Shown here piece by piece: positions 23,150 to 36,900 of a stretch of 64,000 bases of DNA. The stretch is taken from contig NC_043005.1 in NCBI RefSeq assembly GCF_006345805.1, forward strand, positions 32,674,001 to 32,738,000, read 5' to 3'. The notes under the pieces were generated by a model, which saw only the letters and a program-made list of their open reading frames with translations, was not told where the DNA came from and ran no database searches. This DNA is from Octopus sinensis. Taxonomy: Eukaryota. The stretch's first letter is position 1. Each line of letters opens with the position of its first letter. The position numbers and the translations under genes were made by a program.

Positions 23150-23915
23150 ATGACAGTCAGGTGGTAATAGATGATGGATGTGATGTATGCATTAGCCACC
23201 TCAGTCTGATCTTTCAGGGATAGCTTCCTTTTGGCTCATTTCTGGGTAAGATTCGTCATCCTGCTTGTTATCTTGTCTCAGTTTTTGTCCTCTGGGGGGT
23301 CTGGACCAAAGCAGACCCTGAGCAATTTAACTGGTCCATCCATCCATCCAATGAAGCATAGACTTGCTTCTCCTAGTTAACCTCTGCTCCTTATATCACA
23401 TAATCCCTGATAACAGTGCTGATTATCTCAATGTATTTACTTTCCAACACCTAAGGTGATGTCAGTATATGCTGACATGGATCTCCTACATCCTAGGTCA
23501 TGTGTGATGTCCTTACTGTCTCCAACTTGTGTTGTAGTAGCTTGAGAGTCAGTATGAGAGGGTGAGAGGTGAGGAAACCTTGGCAGATTGAGCGCTTGAT
23601 GTTAACTGTTTCTGAGAGGTGACTGTTCACTTTGATAACTGAACTGATGTCACTGTGTATTGCAGTGATCCATCTTCTGAATACAGGCCTGAAACTGGCT
23701 GCTTTGAAGACTGCTGCCATGTACAGCTTGTTGACTCTATTGAAAGCTTAGGATTGATGTAAATTGATTGGGGCTCCACCTTTGCCAGATTCTTTAGCCA
23801 CTTTCTCTATGATGTATCACGTAAGGTTGTTGTGGATGAATCTTTTTGGGATGGCACACATCTGCACTTCTACCAAACCACTGACGACAAGTGCCAACCT
23901 TGTAGCTGACACCTT
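23150..23915 (-). mobile_element. L1/Tx1-like LINE RT remnant
   Basis: FRRWITAIHSDISSVIKVNSHLSETVNIKRSICQG.. (RT domains 3-4). Confidence 0.7.
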
Positions 23916-24209
23916 GGAATAATGATGATGATGATAATAATAATAATGATTTCATTTATTTGCCAAAATGATGAAGGATGAGGGGGGGGTAGAATACAAA
24001 GACAGACAAAGTGTGGGGGTTAACATATAATGAAATGATAAAAAAAAAAAATTCAAAAATGAAAGAAAGAAAGTATTCAGAGTATACGCTGAAAAAGAAG
24101 AGGCATATACATAGCATACAAAGGTTTAAAAAAAAAGTGGCAGGGAGGATGATAGAGATGTGGCCCTCCTGGTACAGGAAGGCCTCTAGGGATAATCAAG
24201 GAACCCCAC

Positions 24210-24640
24210 TGTCTGAGATTTCCCTGAAATCCCAGGAACAATTACCCTCTCCAATTCCTTTTCTCTGATTCACAGGTCTACACTCAGAGAGGTACCAGCC
24301 ACTCCTGCCATTTTCACAACTTTCACCCACCTTTCAATAAACTCACTCGAGGACAGCACTTTCCTCTCCACTCTCAATTTCCTTTTCAAGTGAAACTCGA
24401 AGAAGCCAATGAGAGCTCCACCAAAGAGGAATGTACCTGTCCTCATGCCTTTCAGCCTTGTCCTATAAGCAACCTCTTTCGCTACAGCCACCAGGCAAAG
24501 GAAAACTACCTTGCCTGCTTGATTGAAGGAGGGTGGTGGTGCAATCATCGTTACAGACTCGGCCAACAGACAGATCCATCCCACTCATGAAAGCAGCTGT
24601 TCGACATAACCCCACAAGTCAGCAATGCCCAGACACTGAA
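24210..24640 (-). mobile_element. L1/Tx1-like LINE ORF2 C-terminal remnant
   Basis: VAVAKEVAYRTRLKG..FFEFHLKRKLRVERKVLSSSEFIERWV resembles L1-type ORF2 C-terminus; next to the RT remnant. Confidence 0.55.
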
Positions 24641-24694
24641 CAAGGGTGTGTAATAATAATAATAGCAATTACTATTACTGTTATGATTATTATT

Positions 24695-24812
24695 CTGCTG
24701 AGGTCGATTTTGCCTTTCATTTTGTTCAATTAAGTACCAGTTGAGTACTGGGGTTACTGCAATTGACTAGCTTTCTCCCTTGAACTTGCTGGTCCTTACC
24801 AAAATTTTAAAT
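24695..24812 (+). mobile_element. SINE family B partial
   Basis: gaggtcgattttgcctttcat..aagtaccagttgagtactggg. Confidence 0.75.
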
Positions 24813-26004
24813 TATTATTATTATTATTATATTCCTAATTGAGTGAAAAATTATGTTAGGAATAGAACTGAAGTGAAATTTCTAAAATAGGGTTAACTCT
24901 TTTACTGCCGAAATCTGAAATATCCCTATGCGTAGTAAGCAGTTTTATATACCAATCTATATTTTGTTGAGGGAAACCATATTTGACATTGATTTTTTTT
25001 TTTTTTTTGAGGTATGTCAAGTTTATTCAGTCACTTGCAGAAAAATCTGACTATTTTTGGAATATTTTAACATAATTTCTGGAATAACCAATAATTTCAA
25101 TATAAAAAGGTTAAAGAGGTTTGACTTTTCTCCAAATAGTCTTTGGTCTCAAGTATGTAAAGGGATGTAACATAACACTATAAGGTATTCTTTGTCAATT
25201 CTATCTCTTTAATTGCCAATGGCACTATACAATCAATATGTGCAAACTGGTGTTTTACTCGATTTACCTCAGTATATATCTGATACCTGACTGGTTTACT
25301 ATTGGGAACATGAAGAAGGTGGTAGGAAATACTAGATCTTGTCAGATGTGCAATTGTTTAACTGTCACTTAACTAATTACTGCTTGACCCCATAACATAT
25401 CGAGCTTAGATGAATAAAGAGTCAATAGATGTATACTAGCCATGTATCTGTGTGAGGCTGTATGGGCTGTCGTATTGATGTCATAATGTTAATGTCTCAA
25501 TTAGAAAGATGTTATAAGCAATATTTTAATTATGAGTTGGTAGCAGAAATATATACGCAAAACAAGGTTGAATTTATAAAAGGGTTTAAAGCAAAATAAA
25601 TATATAAATATAAGGAATTAAGATTAATATTAACATTTAAAAAAAAAAATCATTGATAAATGCATCCTTCTCCAAAAATTGTCTGCTGAGAGTTACCTCC
25701 CTTAACATTGATCGTCTTTATTGTTGCTATTTTGAATGTTTTGTCATCAGTAACCACCTCCTCACTGAATACGATCGCCCCCTAATGTCACAATGTATCT
25801 TTTTATTCCTTCGAAAACAGCGTGATGGTCGGGGAGTCACGACATATTCTATTGATATGCTTAGCATTCCTAGATGTTTATCTATAATCGCGTGTCGTGT
25901 ACGTAAACGACTCCATGTTATTTAGTAAACACTGTTTCTTAAAATCGGCAATATTTAACCTCTTTAGAAAATAATCACAGCGGCATCAACAGAAGTAGTT
26001 AATC

Positions 26005-26148
26005 ATGGTTTATGATTCGGGCACAAGGCCAGCAATTTTGAGGGGAAGAGGTTAGTCGATATCTTCGACCCCCAGTCCTTGACTTTTATTTTATTTTACC
26101 AAAAGGATGAAAGGCAAAGTTGACTTTGATGGGATTTGAATGTAATGA
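26005..26148 (-). mobile_element. SINE family B partial
   Basis: ggcacaaggccagcaattttg..gaccccca..aaggatgaaaggcaaagttgac. Confidence 0.75.
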
Positions 26149-26261
26149 GCCAAATAATAATAATAATAATAAAATAATAATAATAATAATAATAATAATA
26201 ATCACAGGCGAAAAGATAGATAGATACAACCCTCTTAAGTACGAAACAGTCTGGTGAAAAT

Positions 26262-26538
26262 AGTGCCAATTGTTGTTGGATCCTTAGGAACAGTATCAAA
26301 AGGCATCAAGAGGAATATAAAGTAAATTGGAATAGAGTCCCAGTAGAACTGTTACAAAAGGTTTGTCTCCTTGGTACAGCCAGAATAATCAGGAAAGTAT
26401 TAGGTAGCTGAAAAGAATGAATAGCATGGTACTGTAGTAATAGCATGGTACAGTTAGTAAGCCTGCTACACACACAAGACTCCAGGAGCTCCAACAAAAC
26501 ATGTGATAAAGAAAAAATATAAATAATAATAATAATCA
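26262..26538 (+). mobile_element. R4/Dong-like LINE 3' end
   Basis: VPIVVGSLGTVSK..ELLQKVCLLGTARIIRKVL* followed by (taa)n tail. Confidence 0.8.
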
Positions 26539-26659
26539 CATAAGGTTGTGTTACATGTGCCTGGTGTACTCTTATCAGATGGGTATATTGGGCTTTGTAT
26601 ATTTGTACCCCAGTGTCACTTCAATGGTATGCGCTGCTCTCTCACTTGATAATGATAAT

Positions 26660-26862
26660 AATCCTTCCTAATATAGGCACAAGGCCTGAAATATGGAGAA
26701 ACGAGCTAGTCAATTACATCAACCCCAGTACACAGTACTTATTTCATTGACCCAGTAAAGATGAAAGACAAAGTTGACCTCAGTAGAATTTGGACTCAGA
26801 ATGTAGAGACAGATTAAATTCCACTCATTTTGCCCAGTATGCTAATGATTTTGCCAACTCAC
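26660..26862 (-). mobile_element. SINE family B
   Basis: aatccttcc..ggcacaaggcctgaaa..gatgaaagacaaagttgacctc..gccaactcacc. Confidence 0.85.
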
Positions 26863-26864
26863 CA

Positions 26865-27168
26865 GGTGCAGGCATGGCTGTGTGGTAAGAAGTTTGCTTT
26901 CCAACCACATAGTTCCAGGTTCAGTCCTATTATGTGACACCCCGGGCAAGTACCTTCTATTATAGTCTTGGATCGCCCATGTTGTTTGTCTCCCATCACC
27001 AGTGTTGGTGTATTTACGTCCCTGTAACAGTTCAGCAAAAGTGACCAATAGGATAAGTAACAGGCTTTAACAATAATAAGTACTGAGTTTCATTCTTTTG
27101 ACTAAAAGTTCTTTTGTGTGATGCCCCAGCGTGGCTGTGGCTAATGACTGAAACATGTAAAAGATAAA
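26865..27168 (+). mobile_element. SINE family A with internal deletion
   Basis: ggtgcaggcatggctgtgtggtaagaag..ggttcagtcc..aatgactgaaac. Confidence 0.8.
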
Positions 27169-28678
27169 TAATAATATTTGTTTCTGGCATAGATATGCTG
27201 TAGTCCGAGTTAGGTGTAATCAGGTTGTTGTAAGTTTTTTTCTTTTTCTTTTTTTTGTAAGATTAGTATCATTAAAATGTTTTCAAATAAGATGTTTGAA
27301 ATGTATTCTGTCTTAACAGCATCTTAACTTGTGACCTGGGAAGCCTGCGAGATGCTTCAAATTATAATAATTATTAGTGTTCTGAGGAAAATGTATAATA
27401 TCTTACTTATTTCGCAATACATGTGTGTATATCAGTGTGTGTGCATGTGTGTATTGTCTGAGTCTGTCTGTCCATCTATGCATCTAAACTATTTCTAAAA
27501 ATATAAACCTGCACTTAATGAAAAATGGTATTGTTTACTCGTTATCCTCTCTCTCTCTCCCCTCCCTCCTCGCCCCCCTCTCTCACACACACACACGCAC
27601 ACACGCACGTACATATACACACAAGCTCATAATATATATATCTCCAGTAAAACTCTTTTATTTTTAATCATAACATTCTTATTTACTTTCTGCCTATTTC
27701 TCCCTCAATTTTATTTCACATACAGCTTTATTTATATTAGCAATAGTCATTTTTTTTTTCTGTTCAGTTATATTTTGTATTTATTTTATTTTTAATTAAA
27801 GTATCTTTTTAGTTTTCCTTTGCTAACAATATTTCTATTTAGTAGATGTTCTGTTGTTAACTAGTTTTGACCACATTATTATTTACTTGAGATAGGATTC
27901 TACTCAGATGTAATATTTTTAGAAATTCACTACTTGATAAATTTATAAATTCATATTTGGTTTTCACCTATTAATCATTGAGAAAGTAAATTTGCTAAAA
28001 CTGGAAGTCAGTCATCTATATTTCTTTTTACAAAAAAAGAAAAACAAATCAAACCTTGTTTAGAGTAAGATCCATAATGAACCAATATGACTATCGAGTC
28101 ATCACCCTGGAGAATAGAATTAAATTCTGTTTGGTGCCAATGCAACCAATTTATAGTTTGCACTGGCATTGGTGATATAAGGACAAGTTTTGTTATGATG
28201 GAATGAGGAAGCTAAGTTTAATATCTGTGTTGGTGGTGGAATAAATATAGCTGTTGTATGAATATCTCTTGGCCAGTTAGATTTATTAATTGGGTTTCAA
28301 CATGAGATAATGCTTGCATTTCATAGCCACGACAAGTGACTGGGCAATTTCTACTTGATTGATTATTAATTGATTGATCCATATCTCTGATAACTGTGCT
28401 TGTTTCAACAGTTATATGAAACATTTGTGTGAAGTGGGGAACATTCAATATCTCCCAAAGTATGTAGTTATAATAAGTCAACAGAACAAATCTTCATCAT
28501 ATCAATTTGGATAGTGGGAGTCTTAAAAAAAAAAAAAAGATGAAATTGTAATATATTTGAAAACTATCTTCTTATTGCAAACTATTCTTTAATAAAACAT
28601 CCTTATTTCTACCCCCAGGGCCTTTTCAGAAAGATAAACTCAAACTAATTCTAAAGTTAATTCATTAGCTTGTATTTG

Positions 28679-28733
<55 letters not shown>

Positions 28734-29154
28734 ATGATGATATATATATATATATATAAATACACATAGTTTGTGTATAGATATATTCTCATCTGGTGCA
28801 TCGATAATTTTAGCCAGCATTTGTAATAATGTTTCCAATGTTTGATATTGCTGTTGGATAGTATTTTCATCTTGTGAGTTGATTGTTTTAGCATTTAGAT
28901 GTTAATGATTCTTGTAATTATTACACACTTAATGGCTGCAAACATTGCTGCTGTGTGTTAGTGGGATAAGACACTGAAGTTACAAATGTGTAATGTTATC
29001 TGTTCATTAAGTACTCTTCAGAGAAAGTGGTAAATTGGCAGAAGCAGTCAAGCATCAGATAGACTGTCTTGTAGCATTAATTCCAGTTCTTTTTGTTTTG
29101 AGTTTAAACTCTGTCGAGGTCAACTTTTTCCTTCATGCTTTGGGGCGGGTTTTA

Positions 29155-29577
29155 TCTTTTTGTTTTTACTGGTTTTAGTCATTAGACTCTGGCCATGTTG
29201 GGGCACCACCTTGAATTTTTTAGTCGAATGAATTGACCAGTATTTATTTATTTTTTTTAAAGCCTGGTACTTATTTTATCTCAATGTCTGGTACTTTAAG
29301 CCTGGTATTTATTCTAACTTAGTGCCAAACCACTAAGTTATATGAACGTAAGCACACTAGCACCTCTTGTCAAGTGGTGGAGGGGGACAGTAGAGGCACA
29401 AAGATACACACATGCCCACACACTCACATAGAGGCTTCTTTCAGTTTCTGTCTACCAAATCCACTCACAAGGCTTTGGTTGGGCTGAGGTTATAGTAGAA
29501 GATGCTTGTCCACACAATGAGATTGAACCAGGAACCATGTTGTTGGGAAGCAAATGTTTTACTACATGGTCACACCT
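29155..29577 (-). mobile_element. SINE family A
   Basis: Reverse complement of the family A head, core and tail (ggcttctttcagtttctgtctaccaaatccactcacaaggctttgg). Confidence 0.85.
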
Positions 29578-30301
29578 GATGATTAAAATAAAAAGAAAGT
29601 AGCAGTCCATGGTAGTGAATTTACAGGAATGTTAGAATATTGAATTAGATTCTCCAGGTTCAGCTGTCTGTGGCCTGAGTTCAAATTCCTCTTGCTCTTG
29701 CCAGTGTTACTAGTACTTAGCAACTGACAGATAACAAGTGTTTAAAAGATAAAATTGAATTTCTGGTGTAAGAAAGATTTAATGCTTTACAAAATGTTAA
29801 AGTAAAATGTGACAAGTCCTGGTACCATAATGAAAGATCAATGTACAATTTCTTATGAAATTCTATAGAAATTTTGACTGGCACTGATAAACAAACATTA
29901 CTTGTGTTTGTTTGATGTTTCATTGCAGTCTTTCTAGTTATCCAAAACATTTCGATTGTTTAAAACAACATGCAAATTGTTTGGTCATTATTGTTTATAT
30001 TTTAAAATTTGCCAATCAATGCCATCATAACAATGGTTGTTAAAACAACAATGATGGTGATGGTGATGACAGACATTTCACTCTTTCACTTTCTACACTT
30101 CGTTTAAATGGTGATCCATCTGTAATAAACCTACTCCAGTTGTTCATGGAAGCAGAAATGTCAATTTGCATTTTTGGAGGAAATTCTCTACTAAGTTGCC
30201 AACTCTTTACAATAAACCATGAAGGAATTGATGTTGTCAGGAACTGACCAATACAAGCTCACTAGCATCTCTTAAATCATCACTGAAATTCCTGTAATTT
30301 A

Positions 30302-30445
30302 TTAAATCCTTTTGTTACCATATTCCTGTTGAAATACATTGCTTGTATTTCAATTAATTTTTGAAAATAATGAGGAATTTATAGGAACATAAATTGGCAT
30401 GAAATTTTGATGGAAGGTTTTAATTTAGATCACTGTAAAACAGCT
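30302..30445. mobile_element. TTAA-MITE partial copy related to 6478-6669
   Basis: Shared ggaacataaattg..tggaag.ttttaatt. Confidence 0.5.
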
Positions 30446-33302
30446 CTCAGTCAAGTTTAGAAGCATTGAAGTAAAGTTAAGGCATTAAGTATTCTTTTAT
30501 ATTTTTATTTATTACATTGAGATAGTGTAATATGGTGTGTCTAAAGTTGCACAGTAACAGCAAAAACAATGTAGAAATAATTCCTGACACTGGTCTTAAG
30601 AGTCAGAACCTCTGAAAGGGATAAGTCATTATCGAAATAGAGAACTAAATGCTTGTGTTTTCTAATCTGGAAGTATTCCATTTCTACAGACAACATGGTA
30701 GGTAATATTTAGGATATCAGTGTGGTGTGAGTTCTTTCCAGGTTCTTCCAGAAACTGGTGATTTAATCTAATTTGAGTGAGATCATCCACCTCAAAGTTT
30801 AGTGTACATAGCTAGTCTTTGAGAGACATTGTGTACAAGAGATGAGGTGTATCAGAGCTTAGTTCATCTTTCATAAGATTGAGCAGTAGCTGAGATGATT
30901 CTTTAATAGAAACTTTGGTCACAGTAGAATTTGAACTAATGCTCTTCTTGTTAACAAAGTATTCAACAGCAGCTATACAATATGATTCCTGTGTTTGGGT
31001 GAACAGTACTTCCACATGGTACTTATTAATAGTTAGTTGAATGGTTAAATGAGTATTGTTTTTGTTATAGGTAGAAAGTACCATTGATGAAGATTTAAAT
31101 TATCATAACTCAGGCACGAATTGAATTTGACAAACTTTTAAATCTTACTAACAATTATTTCCTAGATTGGTCAACTTTACTTTTGTTTTAGACCAGATTT
31201 TTTCTGTAGTATTGTTTTGTGTTGATTTTTTTTTATTAATTTTAGTTTTGTTAATTTTCTGGGTCTTTTTTTCCTGCTTTTTTATTATGATCTCTAACCT
31301 CCTGCAAGGTGTGTGTGTGTGTGTGTTTTCGTGAGTTCCATTATATTTTTGTTACCAATAATTGATTTGAAGTTGTGTTAAATGTTGATACAGACCCTAC
31401 AAACAATTTATGAGGTAGGTTTTCAATATCAGGTTTTCAATTTACCAACTGAGTAAGCTTGCAGGCATTTTCTGGCATTGTCAACATTCAACTCATGTTG
31501 CTTGCTGCTGCTGCTGTGTGTGTGTGGGTGGACAGTTACATTCCCAGACATTCTTTGCCTGGCTATTCTTCTCTTCTAATCTCTGCCAGTTGTAGAGTTC
31601 TCTGATTTACTGATTCTGCTTCATGTCTGCAGTTTTGTTGCAGCTGCTGTTGTTGTTGTTGCTGCCAGAAACCACAAAGTGTCAGATTAACTATTTATAG
31701 TATCTGCTTTCAGTCCTCTGTTATCTCAGGTCAGATTGTGTTGAGGGTCAGTAAAATACCTGTAATATACTGGGGTTATTCAATCTCTCCCCACTCTATG
31801 GAAATTGGCTTTGTGCCTAGTCAGAAGAAACCAGAATTGATAGTTTTTATAGTGCTTCACTGTGTGTGTGTGTGTGTGTGTGGTGTGTGTGTGTGTGTGT
31901 GTGTTGTGTGTGTGTGTGTAAAGTACTTCCTCTCTTACAACACTAGACTTGTGTTGTCATATGTTTGCTACATGCACAGCTGTTTTATTAGCAGTGCATG
32001 TGTGTGTGTCTACACACATACTTGTAGTTGAATGTCCTATAAAGAATAGGATTATTATCATCATTCTCTCCCATTAGTGTTCTTCTAAACCAATTACATC
32101 CTCCTCTATACTTGGTTCTTGTGAAAAACAAATCTCTTCTCAGCTGCCACTGTTTGAGTTAAGGATTCATGTTTTCTCTAAATTCTCCACCTCCTACATC
32201 TGCCCGTTTACTGCTGTTGTCTGAGACTGTTTCATATCCAAAGGTCCATTTTTTGTTTTGTTTTTCTCTGTTGTTTGATATTTAATCAACTTTTAATGCC
32301 ACTACCTACACTGGAAATCTCTATTTCAGCTTATGTAATAATATCTAATATGGTGTGTTTAGTTAATTTAAATCCTCTTCAAACCACTGTAACTTCTCGT
32401 TAATCAAAAAGTAAAGTAAGATACCATGAAGTAACATGTTTATATCTCTGTTGAGTTGGGTGGGGTAATTGTTCTTTTATAAGCTATATTTGTTAGTCTG
32501 TCTAAAATCTTTTAAATCTTTAATCTTTTCAATCACTTCACTTGAGACAAAATACTTTGTGCTATTTGGTTATGGCTCTTTACATTCTGAATTCAAATTG
32601 TGTTGGGGCCAAGTTTGCCTGTCAACCATCTAGGGTCAATAAAATATACATCAGTCAATTACCGGTGTCAATCTAATCAATTAATCCTCTCCCCTTCATC
32701 ACTACGTTATTTCAAGCTCTGTTGGAAACAATTATATTGCATGTTAGTTAAAGAAATAGTGGTAATTGTTTGTGAGTCTGGAAGCAGAAGGGAGATAACT
32801 TGAAGATATTAAGGTTCAATTTCACAGAAAACTGTATTCATCGTTGCGGGAGAATATGATGCTTCAGTGCAATATAAAACTTTTACAAGTCAAGAGATTT
32901 ACAAAGAATTTTGGTTGCTGTAATTCACATGATTAATGAAATACCTTCATAAGCTCTGTTTCTCCACGTAAAAGTTTCTGTCCACTAATCACAGTAAGAT
33001 TAAGACAACTAGTTTACTGATAAGACCTAATAAGACTGAAGCTTGTACCACTCACCTTGCCTGTTAACAACAGTTGATTTTCTCTCCAAGCATAAGATTT
33101 CAATTTTCTGTGTATTCAATTTTGAATTAACTGAAATTATCCCCCCGCCTTTTTTTTTGTTAGTTACTGACAATTCCTGCTAAGTTGTTGTTTTCTTTCT
33201 CCAACTAAGAGGTAGATTAATTTGTAATTTTCTATATTTAGCATTAAATCCTACTTACAGCTTTGTTTTCCTGGTGTTAAGATTATTCAAAGACCTAGAC
33301 AG

Positions 33303-33500
33303 AATCATCACCATATAATGTCCATTTTCCATACTGGCATGGGTTGGATGATGCAACAGGGACCAATAAGCCAGAGGACTGTGCCAAGCTCCCATGTCTG
33401 CTTTGGCATGGTTTATGACTGGATGCCCTTCCTAGCACTGATAACTTTGAAGAGTGTACTGGGTACTAGCACAAGTGAGGTCACCAAGTAACTCACGGAT
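33303..33500 (-). mobile_element. RTE-type 3' tail fragment
   Basis: ctggcatgggttggatg..ctggatgcccttcct matches 62350-62455. Confidence 0.7.
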
Positions 33501-33864
33501 GAAGTGGGAGTGCTGTATTAAGGGGCAAGGCTTTGTACCAGGTTGAAAGATTAAAGTATGGTAGAGAGACAGGAACAGATGGCTTGCTGTAGAGGAGATA
33601 CATGGCTTCCACAGTGGGAAAGAAAGAACAGAAATGTCAAAATATACTTTAGTTATTTACCTACCTTGTATAGAGCATCTGCTTATTACTGTGGTCAGTG
33701 GCTGTGTTGCCTTTACTGAAGGTGAGTGTAAAAGGCTATGGATATTCCACTTGGTTTCTTGGCAGCCCTGATACTATTTTACTTTCTCAATGGAATTGCT
33801 TTAGTACATTCATTATTTTCTTCACTTTGTTGTGTTTACAAGGTACAATCTACTGTAGTGAAGG

Positions 33865-34100
33865 TATGTGACCTAGTGGTTAGGGTGTTTCACTTGCCAC
33901 CACAAGATCATAGTTTCAATTCCCAAACAACACAATGAATTGTGTTCTTGAGCAAAACACTACATTTCATGTTGCTCCAGTTCATTCAGCTGTAAACGAG
34001 TAACTCTGGCATGGACAGGTGTCCTGTTCAAGAGGAATTTCTCAGGGATTTCATTTGTTTATATGCCATGGAAACCAGGTAATCAGCCCTTTCAGTTCTG
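33865..34100 (+). mobile_element. SINE family C with tRNA-like head
   Basis: tgacctagtggttagggtg (A box)..gtttcaattccc (B box)..ttgagcaaaacac..gttgctccagttcattcagctg. Confidence 0.7.
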
Positions 34101-34259
34101 GGACCCTAAACAAAAATGTCCAGTAGTTCATGATGATGAATCTGTTGTACCTGTTTCTTACTTTATGCACTATTGAGTTTTTCAGCTGAGTTCTGAGCGA
34201 AACGTTTTACTCAGTTATTCATTCTGAACACTCCCTCATCATGGGACCATAAGTTGATG

Positions 34260-34660
34260 CCATTGATCCCAGTCCTTGATTGGTACTTATTTTATCAATC
34301 CTGAAAAGATGAAAGGCAAGGCTGACCTTGGCAGCATATGGACTCAGAATGTAAAACCAGAAGAAATGCTACTAAGCATTTTGTCTGGAACAGTAATGAT
34401 TCTGTCAGTTTGCCACCTGAATAATAATAGCAACAATGATGATCCTTTCTATTATAAGCACAAAGCCTGAACTTTTGTTGGTAGGGGGTTAGTTGGTTAC
34501 ATCAACTCCATTATTCAACTGTTACTTATTCCAGTGACTCCGAAAGGATGAAAGACAAAGTTGACCTCAGCAGAACTTGGACTCAGAATGTAAAATTGGA
34601 AGAAATGCTGCTCAGAATTTTGTCTGGCACAGTAGTGATTCTGCCAGCTTGCCACCTTGA
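34260..34660 (-). mobile_element. SINE family B, two tandem copies
   Basis: gaaaggatgaaag.caaag..gactcagaatgtaaa..ctgccagcttgccacc twice. Confidence 0.85.
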
Positions 34661-35799
34661 TGATGATGATGATTAAAAAAAAAAAAAAATTAAATACTTG
34701 AGCCATAAACAACTTATATTACTTTGCATCTGTTTAATCTCCAATATACAGGAGGAATGTTTCACACACACATGCATGTGTATACACACACATACAAACA
34801 CACACTATGTGTGTAAACAAATGTATACTTATAGAATGTTTCTTTAATTTTTTTACACTTCAGAAGCAAACACAGACTTTTTAGAAAATTTTCCTCTTTA
34901 GTAATTTAGTTTGCAGTATTTCATTTAAAGTTTAATATTTTTTGCTTTTTACACAAAATTAGTTAAAAGAGGGAACAAGTTTCTATAGTGTAAGCCCTTT
35001 CTATAGTAAGAAATGTCAGTATATTACTGGTACATACATACACACACATTTTAAAACAAGTTCTAGAGAGGAAGACTGCTTGTTTGCCTCTGACACTTTG
35101 CAATAGGTCAAACTCCTTAAAGGAATTTCTGTTTACAGACACTGAACAGCTCTAAACACTTCCTGAAAACATTATTCAAAAATATTTTTTCTATCTTTTT
35201 GTACATACATATATAAATGTATGTGTGTGTAGTTTTGATAAAATAAACAAAGGCTGTTTAAAAATAGAGAAAAATTCCAACTTTTTCAACAATAGAATCA
35301 ACTTATAAACTTGTAGGATGTTCCAAATATGGCCATTCTGAAAATAATTACACTGCTGCTATTATTCTTTTAATGGTTGAACTGACTGTCGATAATCTCT
35401 CTGTCCTATTCCCAAAATATAAATACCAACCACCTTTTTTAATTTAGTTAATGTTGAGAGAAAGAGGTAGGTGGTGGCAGTGAGATGATAACTTATAATT
35501 CAGAATAGACATTATTATTAACAGTGTTTTTATGCAATTTTTATTTTAATGCATCAATAGAAGAGGTTTCCTTCTTTTCTACAATCCATCATCATTCACA
35601 TATGAACTGATAACTATGTGGCACAGATAGGTGACAACCATTTCCACCTATGGCACACAAGCATTCTGCTTACAGATATTATGAAACACTTGCTAGTGGC
35701 TGTATCCATTTGACTATTTTATTTCAAAATTTGTAAGTTTGTGAGTTACACAACAAAACCAAACTGTGTGTGTGTGGTCATTATTGTTGCACTTGCCTT

Positions 35800-36900
35800 T
35801 TCTATTTACACGTACAGTATCTTACCGTTTGTTACAGTCCTTTGTCAGTTCGTTTATATGGTCCTTGAGATCAGTTTTCACCATTTCTTTCTATCTCTTC
35901 GGTCTACAGTCTCATTCCACTGGCCCCATCTTTACCAAACCCTAACCTCCTTATCTATCACATATTTGTTCTACTACTGTCTTTTCTCTCTCATACAATA
36001 CATCAGTTTTACATTCTTATCTTTCTCTCAGCTCATTTTTGCTCTATTATACACACATACCAACATTACGCATCTAGTCAAGATGCATGCTTGCCTCATT
36101 TTCAACTTTCCCACATCATCCACATTTAATGCCTGTATTTCACAGTCATGTGACATCACACTTCATGCATTAACACCAAATATAATTTAATTTGACCATC
36201 AACTGGAGACAGATAACTCTTAATTAACAGTGAAGGTAAAAGTTTCCTAAAATGTTACTGCCATTAATATTACTAAACTATTACTATTAATTAGCCTGTC
36301 CACTCCCCACGTTATGTCCCTACTGTTTATATTGGCTACACTGGATGAAAATCTTACTTACTCATCTATATATCGGACAGGATTGTTCCCTGGTGGTAGT
36401 ATTTTCCTCCATGGGCTTGTTTCCTCATTAAGTTGTCACAGTTGAAATCTTTGTTTTCCTTGATCACTGATAGACAAATACAATGTGTGTATGATTATGT
36501 GATCATGTATATGAATGTATTTATGTGTTTACAGTTGCATGTATATATATGAGTGTATGTATATGGTGAAGCACTGACAGAATTGTTAGCCAAGTTGGGA
36601 TAAATACTGCAGTGCAGTATTTATCCCAACTGTTCTTAAAGTTTACTTAGGGTGCATCATATGGAATCCCTACCTACTCCTTTTCTACATATCAAACATG
36701 GTTTCTTCCAGATCTTGTCTTCATTTCCTGTTGACTAAAATTGTGTCTTTCAAACATTTACTTTGAGGTTTCCCAATATCTGGTGTCTCTGTTTGGAGTT
36801 TCTTCTTTAAAGTCTTCCATAGATTTCTGTGACAGCTAATGTCATTGGTATAGAAGTGAACTCCATCCCCCACACAGCCAGTTTTTAAACCTCTGTTATG
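35800..36900 (-). mobile_element. Old RTE LINE fragments (35800-36390 and 36640-36900)
   Basis: KPCLICRKGVGRDSI*CTL matches the WPCS.CRKG.GRN.IRCTQC segment of the younger RTE copies; ENEASM motif. Confidence 0.6.

Noticed and set aside
32795-32845. CTGAAGA...GAAA hammerhead-like spacing
   Set aside because: No stem II or helix III pairing.
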